Positions 1-7,936 of a DNA stretch of 64,000 nt are shown piece by piece. The notes under the pieces were generated by a model. It saw only the letters and a list, made by a program, of their open reading frames with translations. It searched no databases and was not told the DNA's origin. The position numbers and the translations under genes are program-made. Each line of letters opens with the position of its first letter. Positions within the stretch are counted from its first letter, which is position 1. The DNA comes from an uncultured bacterium. GTDB taxonomy: Bacteria > Eisenbacteria > RBG-16-71-46 > CAZAMP01. The stretch covers positions 26 through 64,025 of the forward strand of contig CAZAMP010000025.1 in the NCBI GenBank assembly GCA_964486455.1, read 5' to 3'.

Positions 1-539
1 CCAGCGAACCGAAGGACTTCGCCTTCAAGGAGCAGACAAGTACCGAAGGGTTCAACGACAACAACAACGATCTCGCAACGGGCGCCAGGATGAGCTTTGC
101 CCGGGGATCGTTCTCACTCGGCGGCTCCTACCTGCGCGGTGCCTACGATTCCGCGTCGCGCTTCGACTTTCATGCGTGGGGTGTCGATGCGGCCGTAACC
201 GTCATGGGGGTCCGCCTACGATCCGAGTACCTCCAGCGAAGAACGGACGTGGCCGGCGCGAATGGCGGGCGCATGGATATGTGGAAGAAAGGGTTCTATG
301 CGCAGGCCGAGCTACCGCTCGGAGCCCGTTTCATGGGCGTCGCGCGGCTCGACGGCCTCCTGCGAGAGGGCCCGGCCGTCGGCGTACTCGACGAATCGTC
401 CGGCATCGTCCGCGCCACTCTGGGATTGAACATCATGCCGACTGTGGATGTCGGCATTCGAACCGCCGTCGAGCATTGGCGCTTCACCGATTTCACGGAT
501 GTCAATGTTCTCCGCCTCGGGACCGTCATCACTTACTAG
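1..539 (+). CDS. Outer-membrane beta-barrel/porin-like protein, 5' truncated by window edge
   Basis: Frame is open from position 3 (SEPKDFAFKEQ...DNNNDLATGARMSF); amphipathic beta-strands; C-terminal aromatic residue (LRLGTVITY). Confidence 0.65.
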   Translation, partial: SEPKDFAFKEQTSTEGFNDNNNDLATGARMSFARGSFSLGGSYLRGAYDSASRFDFHAWGVDAAVTVMGVRLRSEYLQRRTDVAGANGGRMDMWKKGFYAQAELPLGARFMGVARLDGLLREGPAVGVLDESSGIVRATLGLNIMPTVDVGIRTAVEHWRFTDFTDVNVLRLGTVITY

Positions 540-575
540 ATGCGCTTCCCCCGGCGGACTGGGAGAACCGAACGC

Positions 576-1700
576 ATGCGTCGTGTCGTCAACAGCCTCA
601 TCCTTCTTGCCGCGGGCGCGCTTCTGGCTGTATCGACCGTGGAAACGGCATGGGGACAGGATGACGGCGACGAGGTCAAGATGTTCGATACCGATCTCGG
701 ACCCGCGTCGATCGATGTGAGCGGCTATCCGCCCGAGTTCCAGTCGCTATACCCACTCTTCGCTCGGAAGTGCAGCAAGTGTCACACGCTCGCGAGGCCA
801 ATCAACTCGTCCAAGCTCGGCGACGAGTGGCTCGCGTATGTGAGCCGCATGAGCCGGAAGCCGGGATCCGGAATCAGCCCGCGCGACGCGGAACGCGTCT
901 TCGAGTTTCTCGCGTATGACTCTCAGGCGCGCCAACGAAGCGCCACGGCCGTCGATCCCGAGCTGCTGCCGTTTCTCGAGGTGAGCCGCGAGCTCAGCGG
1001 TGCCAGACGATTTCCGGCCGCGAACAAGAACATCCCGACCGAGGCCGAAGAGCTTCGCCTGCGCGTACGAGGCGATCGTCGGCTGAATCTGAACACGCTC
1101 TTCGAGAGCGGTTCGGGACAGAAGCTCGTCCGCTGGTCACAGCGTGATCCGGGGCGCGGCGAGCTGGTGCTCACGTCCGTGGATACGCGCGACGGAGACG
1201 CGCCCGATCCACCGGCCCGCTCCCCCGCCGACAGCGCGGTCCGGCTGGCCGCATCCGAAGCGATCGGAACCGAAAGCGACACGGAAGAGCAGGTCGAGCT
1301 GATCCTGGACTGGTTGGATGAAGAGATCGAGCGGACCTACCAGCCGGGATCGGCAACGGCGGCGGGCGTGCTCGAAATACGCGAAGGCGATGCCACGGAG
1401 TTCACCCGTCTCTTTTGCGAGATGGCGAGGAGCGCAGGGCTCCCGGCCCGCTCCCGGATCGGCCTCGTCGCGCGACGAACGTCGTTTCACTTTCATGCGT
1501 GGGCGGAGGTGTGGCTTGACGGGTGGGTGCCGATCGACCCCTATCTCGGTCAATTCCCTGCCGACATCACGCACGTTCATCTCAAGGCGGCGGACGGGGA
1601 CGCTATCGACGAATGGAATCCCGACCGCTACCCCGCACTGGATCGCCTGAAGATCGAGGCGATCATCGAGGACACGTCCGACACCGTGGAGGGAGGGTAG
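576..1700 (+). CDS. Secreted monoheme cytochrome c fused to a transglutaminase-like domain lacking the catalytic Cys
   Basis: RBS GGAGAA at 562 then ATG 576; signal peptide; CSKCH with a downstream RM; C-terminal GDATEF..AGLPAR..HAWAEVW..GWVPIDP. Confidence 0.8.
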   Translation: MRRVVNSLILLAAGALLAVSTVETAWGQDDGDEVKMFDTDLGPASIDVSGYPPEFQSLYPLFARKCSKCHTLARPINSSKLGDEWLAYVSRMSRKPGSGISPRDAERVFEFLAYDSQARQRSATAVDPELLPFLEVSRELSGARRFPAANKNIPTEAEELRLRVRGDRRLNLNTLFESGSGQKLVRWSQRDPGRGELVLTSVDTRDGDAPDPPARSPADSAVRLAASEAIGTESDTEEQVELILDWLDEEIERTYQPGSATAAGVLEIREGDATEFTRLFCEMARSAGLPARSRIGLVARRTSFHFHAWAEVWLDGWVPIDPYLGQFPADITHVHLKAADGDAIDEWNPDRYPALDRLKIEAIIEDTSDTVEGG

Positions 1701-1704
1701 AGCC

Positions 1705-3291
1705 GTGAACGGTTCGGCCGAGCCCACCCCCGCTTGCAGACTCGCCTGTCCCGTCGACAAAGACATACCCGGTTTCCTACGCGCGATCGCGCTGGGCGAC
1801 TCCACAGAAGCGTGGCGGATCGCCTACCGAGACACCCTGTTTCCAGGAGTTCTGGGCCGGATCTGTCCGAGACCATGCGAGCCCGCCTGTGTGCTGAGCC
1901 GACACGACGATCCGGTGCCCGTCTGTAGGCTCAAGCGCTGGGTCAGTGAACGCGAGGGAACGCTTCACGGCCCGCCGACCGCCGCGCGAGGCGATGGCCC
2001 CTCGATCGCGGTTATGGGCGCTGGACCGGCCGGTCTCGCGACCGCCCACGATCTCGCCGTACGGGGAGCGAACGTCACCCTCTTCGACCGGGCGGACGAA
2101 CCCGGCGGTCTCATGCTCTCCTGCATCCCAACCTTCCGCCTTCCGGAGGAAACCGTCCGGGAGGACGTCGAGAGGATCTTGGCGCTCGGCATTCGCTTCG
2201 AAGCCGGGCGCGAGTTTCGCTCGACCGACTCGCTGACGACGCTACACGACGAGGGCTTCGACGCGGTCGTCCTGGCGTTGGGTGCCGGCGACGACCACGT
2301 GCCGGAGTTTCCCGGCTGGAGGTCCCCCCCCGCGTGCTGGACCTCGATCGAGTTTCTGGAAGCTTTTCGGCGAGGCGAGGCGGAGCTCGCGGGCCCGAAA
2401 GTCCTCGTCATCGGCGGCGGACTCTCCGCCATCGATGCGGCCCGGGCGGCGCTCCGCACCGGCGGTCGCGAGATTCGAATTCTCTACCGGCGGGACAGGT
2501 CGGAGATGCCCGCCGGCGAATCGGACATCGACGAGACGACGTCGGAGGGCATCACGCTTCACACGCGCGTCACCCCGGTCGAGCTTGCGTGGGACGGAGA
2601 TCGTCTGCGAGGCGCGATCATGGTCCGCACGCGTCCGGGCGATGCGATCGCGGATGGAGAGCAGCGCCCGACCGCCGTGGCGGGTACCGAAGCGCTTCAC
2701 GCCGCCGACGCCGTGATCAGCGCGATCGGCCAGCGGCATCCGCTCCACCGGGCGCGCGACAGCGAGCAAGCGTCATGGTTGTTCAGTTGCGGCGACTTCA
2801 CGACCGGGCCCGGCACGGTCGTCGGCGCCATCGCGTCGGGTCGAAGGACCGCGGCGGCGATCTGGAAATCGCTCAGCGCGGCGGGACGATGGAGCACGCC
2901 GGAAGAAGCCTTTACGCAACATCTTGCGGATGTCCGTCCGGGGAGCGGTGCGCCCTCGACTCCGTCGACCTGGGTATGCGATCGGTCGATCCTTCACCTG
3001 TCCCGCCGGTCCGCAATGTCGGAGGCCGCCCGCTGCGTGGGATGCGATCAAGTTCTTTCCCTGAGCCGAGATCGCTGTATTCTCTGTGGCCAGTGCGCGG
3101 AACGTTGCCTCGAGGCCTGTCTCTCCTGGGAGGCGGACGTCGGGACCGGTTCGTGGCGGCTCGAGATCGACGACTCCATCTGCGCGAGATGCGGTGACTG
3201 CGTGGACGTCTGCCCCTCGGGCGCGCTCAGCTGGAAGCCATGGACGAGAGAGAACAAAACGTGGGTGGCACGGAAGAACAACGTGGCCTGA
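1705..3291 (+). CDS. GltD/SudA/DsrL-like NAD(P)H:flavin Fe-S oxidoreductase with C-terminal ferredoxin domain
   Basis: CRLACP, GRICPRPCEPAC, GAGPAG, GGGLSAID, YRRDRSEMPA, RCVGC, CILCGQCAERC, CARCGDCVDVCP; no signal peptide. Confidence 0.85.
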   Translation: MNGSAEPTPACRLACPVDKDIPGFLRAIALGDSTEAWRIAYRDTLFPGVLGRICPRPCEPACVLSRHDDPVPVCRLKRWVSEREGTLHGPPTAARGDGPSIAVMGAGPAGLATAHDLAVRGANVTLFDRADEPGGLMLSCIPTFRLPEETVREDVERILALGIRFEAGREFRSTDSLTTLHDEGFDAVVLALGAGDDHVPEFPGWRSPPACWTSIEFLEAFRRGEAELAGPKVLVIGGGLSAIDAARAALRTGGREIRILYRRDRSEMPAGESDIDETTSEGITLHTRVTPVELAWDGDRLRGAIMVRTRPGDAIADGEQRPTAVAGTEALHAADAVISAIGQRHPLHRARDSEQASWLFSCGDFTTGPGTVVGAIASGRRTAAAIWKSLSAAGRWSTPEEAFTQHLADVRPGSGAPSTPSTWVCDRSILHLSRRSAMSEAARCVGCDQVLSLSRDRCILCGQCAERCLEACLSWEADVGTGSWRLEIDDSICARCGDCVDVCPSGALSWKPWTRENKTWVARKNNVA

Positions 3292-3758
3292 GCCGAAAGC
3301 TCTTCTTCGAGCGGCTTGGCTGGCTGGGGATCACGATCCTCGGGCTGGCCGGCATCCCCGGGCTCATCCGTTTCCTGAAACCGCGCGTGACGGGAACGTC
3401 CAAGGGCGCGTTCGATGCCGGATCGATCGATGACCTGAGATCGGTGATCGTCAGCACGCGCTGGCTCAAGCGCCATCGGCTGTGGGTGGTCCATGACCGG
3501 GACACGCTCTTCGCCGTGGAGGCCCGCTGCACGCACCTCGGCTGTACACCGCGATGGGACTCCACCGCCGGCGTATTCAACTGCCCGTGCCACGGCAGCC
3601 TCTTCACCCCACAGGGCGTCCCGCTCAACGGTCCGGCCGTCGAGCCGCTCTACCGGTTCGCGATCTGGTCGGACGGCGATCGCGTGGTCATCGATCCGTC
3701 AAAGAAAGCCACTCTGGAAGAGGCCGAGCTGAAGGATGACTATGTCATTCATCTCTAG
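3240..3758 (+). CDS. petC: Rieske [2Fe-2S] subunit
   Basis: CTHLGC and CPCHGS boxes; SRKLF Tat-like motif followed by a TM helix. The start overlaps the upstream gene and is uncertain. Confidence 0.9.
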   Translation: MDEREQNVGGTEEQRGLSRKLFFERLGWLGITILGLAGIPGLIRFLKPRVTGTSKGAFDAGSIDDLRSVIVSTRWLKRHRLWVVHDRDTLFAVEARCTHLGCTPRWDSTAGVFNCPCHGSLFTPQGVPLNGPAVEPLYRFAIWSDGDRVVIDPSKKATLEEAELKDDYVIHL

Positions 3759-3823
3759 TGCCCCGGTTGAGAGATTCGGCTCGATCGGGGCACAAGTGAC
3801 CACCGGCGAAAGGGATAGACCCA

Positions 3824-4612
3824 GTGCCCCATGACACGAAGAAGCGATTCGCCGGGCTTCGCAACAGCCAGTTCTGGCGGTCGCTCTTTCGCACGGGCGT
3901 CCCGGACGATCAAAAGAGCCGCGTGGCCGTCATGCTCTCCACCGTCTTCCTGCACCTACATCCACCCCGTATCCCGGCGGCAGCGATCGTGTTCCGGAGG
4001 ACATTCGGCCTAGGAGGTCTATCGTTTCTGCTCTTCATCATCCTGACGGTCACCGGACTTCTCCTGATGCTCTACTACCGGCCCACGGCGGAGATGGCCT
4101 ACAACGACATTCAAGAGATCGACGCCACCATTCCGTTCGGGCGGCTCATGCGCAACCTGCATCGCTGGTCGGCGCACGCGATGGTGCTGGCCGTAATCGG
4201 TCACATGGCGCGCGTGTTCTATGCCGGTGCGTATCGCCCGCCGCGCGAGTTTAACTGGGTAGTCGGTGTCCTTCTGCTCGTCCTGACGCTGTTCCTGAGC
4301 TTTACGGGCTACCTGCTGCCGTGGGACCAGCTGGCCTACTGGGCAATCACCGTGGGGACGAACATGGCCGGGGCCACGCCGATACTCGGGCACGCGGGGC
4401 CGTTCGCTATCGTGGGGCCGGACAACGACGTCCGCTTTTTGCTCCTGGGCGACACGACGGTGAGCGAGGCGGCGCTGCTCCGTTTCTATGTGCTTCACTG
4501 TGTGATCCTCCCGTTCGTCGTGGCCGTTCTGTCGGCGATTCACTTCTATCGTGTGCGGAAGGACGGCGGGGTATTGGCGCGCGAGAAAGAGGGTCACGAT
4601 GAGCAAACGTGA
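3824..4612 (+). CDS. petB: Cytochrome b6-type (split cytochrome b, N-terminal part)
   Basis: [43 protein letters not shown]-x14-H. Confidence 0.92.
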   Translation: MPHDTKKRFAGLRNSQFWRSLFRTGVPDDQKSRVAVMLSTVFLHLHPPRIPAAAIVFRRTFGLGGLSFLLFIILTVTGLLLMLYYRPTAEMAYNDIQEIDATIPFGRLMRNLHRWSAHAMVLAVIGHMARVFYAGAYRPPREFNWVVGVLLLVLTLFLSFTGYLLPWDQLAYWAITVGTNMAGATPILGHAGPFAIVGPDNDVRFLLLGDTTVSEAALLRFYVLHCVILPFVVAVLSAIHFYRVRKDGGVLAREKEGHDEQT

Positions 4613-5351
4613 CCCCAGGAGTCTCGGCCAAGTGAAGTCGTCAGCTTCCATGCCGATGCGCGAGACACCGAAGCGGTTGGTGACGGTCTGGCCGCACCTT
4701 CTTTACCCGGAGCTCATCTACGCCATCGTCTGGATCGCGATCCTGATCGTGGCGTCGCTCGTGTGGAACGCGCCACTCGAGGAACCGGCCAACCCGACCC
4801 ACACACCGAACCCGGCGAAGGCGCCATGGTACTTCGTGGGTCTGCAGGAACTCCTCGTCTACTTCGACCCGTGGATGGCCGGCGTCGTCATTCCGCTCGT
4901 CATCATCTACGGGCTCTGCGCGATGCCGTACATCGATCCGTCGCGCCGCGGCGGCGGCGTCTACAGCTTCCGGGAGCGGCGGCGCGCATTCATCATCTTC
5001 ACGGCGGGTTTGGCGGGCTGGTTCATCCTGATCGCCATCGGAAGCTGGTTCCGCGGGCCGGGTTGGGCATGGGTCTGGCCGTGGAAAGAGACATTGGGGA
5101 GCGCGCCCGTCGAGGTGTCGACTTCGTTGCCGAACACGGTGGGAATCCCGCTTCTCACGCTCTACTTCATCGGCCTTGGAGCCTGGATCGTTCACCGAAC
5201 CGGACGATGGGAACGCTTCACGCCCGGGCGCCGATGGAATTTCGCGCTCCTCACGCTCGCGATGACGGGCGTCGGTCTCAAAATCGTCATGCGGCTCGTG
5301 TTCGGGATCAAGTACGTCGTGAGCTTCCCGAGCATCGGTTTCAACATCTGA
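4599..5351 (+). CDS. petD: Cytochrome b subunit IV-like protein
   Basis: [26 protein letters not shown] (APWY in place of PEWY); several TM helices; ATG 4599 overlaps the end of cytochrome b. Confidence 0.85.
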   Translation: MSKRDPRSLGQVKSSASMPMRETPKRLVTVWPHLLYPELIYAIVWIAILIVASLVWNAPLEEPANPTHTPNPAKAPWYFVGLQELLVYFDPWMAGVVIPLVIIYGLCAMPYIDPSRRGGGVYSFRERRRAFIIFTAGLAGWFILIAIGSWFRGPGWAWVWPWKETLGSAPVEVSTSLPNTVGIPLLTLYFIGLGAWIVHRTGRWERFTPGRRWNFALLTLAMTGVGLKIVMRLVFGIKYVVSFPSIGFNI

Positions 5352-5360
5352 GGCGTCGAT

Positions 5361-7013
5361 ATGCGACTCGGCTTTGCGATATCGGTCGGTCTTCTCCTGG
5401 CGGTGTCGATCTGGGCCGTGTGGGCCGAGCTACGGCCCGAGTGGCGGCGTCACCAGGAGACGCTCTTCGCACGGGCCGAAGAACGTCTCGAAGCCGAACT
5501 CGACCAAGCGCGTCAGACCTTCGAGCGGCCGGAGGTGCAGGATCGACTTGCGACCATCGACCGACGGCTGTCGAAAATCGCGGCAGACACGACCGAGACG
5601 GCGACGCGGCGCACCGAGATCCAGAGCCGCCTGGCCGAGATTCGGACCGAGACGGCACGCCTTCGATCGCGTCTTCGTCACGAGGAGACACGCCTCTGGA
5701 CACCGGAGGTCGCGCGCCCCTATCGGGCCGCGCTGTCGCTCCTCGCCGCCGCTCAAAACGCCTACAGCGATGCGAGCGGCAGATGGCCACGGGACGCGGC
5801 GGAGGTTGACAGCCTCAAGGCGCGGGTCGATTCACTGGCGGAACTGTCGGGGCGATTCGTCCTCCGGATGGAGACGTTTCGACAAGAGCTGGAGCACGCG
5901 CGCGAAGAGGAGCGCGCGCTTCGGCTGCAGGCCGCGCTCATCACGGCCGAGGAAGAGAGCCTCCGGGCGGAGAAGCGCCGCATCCTTCGCCCCGTACGTT
6001 CGCTGGAGGTATCGCTCGATCGCGTGCGGAACCACCGGCCGGGAATTCGTGAGATCGCGTCTCCCGACGGCAATGAGAAAGCCCGATGCCCGACCTGTCA
6101 CGGCGATCTCATCCATCCGCCGGGCGCGCATCCCGTTCTCGACACGGGCGGCGATCTCGTCGATGTCGTGTGCACAGCCTGCCATCGCGGCGATGGAAGG
6201 GCACTCGACACCGAGCGCGCGCACCGCGGCCTGCTCACCGCGGCGGGTCAGGGCGCCGGACCGTTCTCACTTCAGGGTCGCATCGATCGTCTCGCGGATG
6301 CCGACCCGGACGTCCGCCGCGAAACGCTCGACGAGCTTCGCTTGATCACCGGGATCGATCCCGGCGCGGTCATCACGCCCGGGGGTAACGCAGACAGCGC
6401 GCGGGCGGCGGCGTGGCTCGACTGGTGGACCGACGCGCGCCGCTATTTCGAGACGGGCGAGGGATCCACCGAGGGGGACGACCCGGACCGGCTCATTGCG
6501 ATGGGACTCGATCCCTGGCTCGTCTCCACCGAGGGGCGACCGCTTCAGTACGTCGGCTCACAGGAGTGTTTGAGCTGCCACGAAACGCTTCACCGGGAGC
6601 ATTGTGAACGGTGGGTGGCGACGAAATCCAGCAGCCTGGAGCGACTCAAGGATGAACCCGACCCCGAAAAGTGCTATCCCTGCCACGCAACCGGATACGA
6701 GCCGGAGACCGGCACGTTCGCCGAGCCGGGTGTCACGTGCGAGGCCTGTCATGGACCGGGAGAGCGGTACAGCGAGATGATGTTCGTCGGGAAAGAGCTG
6801 ACCGGTCGTGGCGATACCGCTAGGGGAAACGCGCTCCTGGACCTATCGTCCCGCCTCTCGCGCGACGCCATCAGCCGGCGGCTCGTGGAAGGCGATTACG
6901 GTCCGATCAATGTGTGTGTGGAATGTCATCACCCGCGGAGGCACGCGGAAGGAGGACCCGGGTTCCTCGAGCGTGTCGGCGCGGACGCGGATTCGATCGA
7001 GGAGGGCGAGTGA
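5361..7013 (+). CDS. Membrane-anchored hexaheme cytochrome c with long coiled coil
   Basis: N-terminal TM helix, about 200 aa of heptad-rich sequence, six CxxCH (CPTCH, CTACH, CLSCH, CYPCH, CEACH, CVECH). Confidence 0.85.
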   Translation: MRLGFAISVGLLLAVSIWAVWAELRPEWRRHQETLFARAEERLEAELDQARQTFERPEVQDRLATIDRRLSKIAADTTETATRRTEIQSRLAEIRTETARLRSRLRHEETRLWTPEVARPYRAALSLLAAAQNAYSDASGRWPRDAAEVDSLKARVDSLAELSGRFVLRMETFRQELEHAREEERALRLQAALITAEEESLRAEKRRILRPVRSLEVSLDRVRNHRPGIREIASPDGNEKARCPTCHGDLIHPPGAHPVLDTGGDLVDVVCTACHRGDGRALDTERAHRGLLTAAGQGAGPFSLQGRIDRLADADPDVRRETLDELRLITGIDPGAVITPGGNADSARAAAWLDWWTDARRYFETGEGSTEGDDPDRLIAMGLDPWLVSTEGRPLQYVGSQECLSCHETLHREHCERWVATKSSSLERLKDEPDPEKCYPCHATGYEPETGTFAEPGVTCEACHGPGERYSEMMFVGKELTGRGDTARGNALLDLSSRLSRDAISRRLVEGDYGPINVCVECHHPRRHAEGGPGFLERVGADADSIEEGE

Positions 7014-7936
7014 GACAGGCGTCTAGCATCTGCACGTGCGGCATCCTGTTGCTCGTTCTGATGGGCTGCCCGGGAGAGGAGCCGGAGCTTCCCGACCCGG
7101 CGGCACAGACATCAAGCGCCGTAGATCGGGTAACGCCGCCGATGATTCAAGGTGACAGCGAGGCGTTTCGCGAGATGGAGCTTCCGCCTAGCCAGTTCGT
7201 CCGCGTGATTCCCACCGGCGACGCGCACGATCCGGAATCCGCGCCGGCCTTCCGAAGTCTCTGCCTGAACTGCCACGCGGTGAGCCAGACGTCGTTCGCC
7301 ACGGAAGCATGGGTGCAGAGTCTTCACGCGCGGGCCGGTGTGACGTGCGCGGCGTGCCACGGCTCCCACGAGGGAACGTTTGCTCCCCAGCCAACCGCGG
7401 AGGATTGCCGCAGATGTCACTCCCGACAGGTTGAAGCGTTTCTCGCGTCGGGCCACGGACCCGAGCGGGCCCCGGGCATGCGTTGCGTCTCGTGTCATGA
7501 GGTTCACGCCACCGATCGGAAACTGGCGATGAGCACGACGCTATGTACCGGTTGTCATATCGAATCGGAGCACGTGACCGGTTACGCGGAATCGCGGATG
7601 GGTGTGATCTTCCTTCAGGAAGGTTATGACGAGAACGGAGACCTGAGGGCTCCCGATTGTGTCTATTGCCACATGCCGCCCGATCCGATCATGGACGAAA
7701 CCGGCGACTTTCGAACCGACCGGGTGACGCTACACGACCCGGCCATCACGGTCGAAAAACACGCCAAAGACCCGAGTCGCCTATCGGACGCGGCAATCGA
7801 GTTCCTGCTGCCGCAGTGCGTGACGTGCCACAGCGAACGCAATGCCCGCCATCGGCTAGAGAACTCCGACACGCTGCTCCGACACTGGACACCGCTCGGA
7901 ATGGATGAGGCGACGCGACGGAAGGCGGCCCAATGA
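7010..7936 (+). CDS. Heptaheme cytochrome c lipoprotein, HAO-like scaffold
   Basis: GTG overlaps the upstream TGA; lipobox LVLMGC; seven CxxCH; APDCVYCHM and CVTCHS resemble HAO hemes 7 and 8. Confidence 0.8.
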   Translation: MRQASSICTCGILLLVLMGCPGEEPELPDPAAQTSSAVDRVTPPMIQGDSEAFREMELPPSQFVRVIPTGDAHDPESAPAFRSLCLNCHAVSQTSFATEAWVQSLHARAGVTCAACHGSHEGTFAPQPTAEDCRRCHSRQVEAFLASGHGPERAPGMRCVSCHEVHATDRKLAMSTTLCTGCHIESEHVTGYAESRMGVIFLQEGYDENGDLRAPDCVYCHMPPDPIMDETGDFRTDRVTLHDPAITVEKHAKDPSRLSDAAIEFLLPQCVTCHSERNARHRLENSDTLLRHWTPLGMDEATRRKAAQ

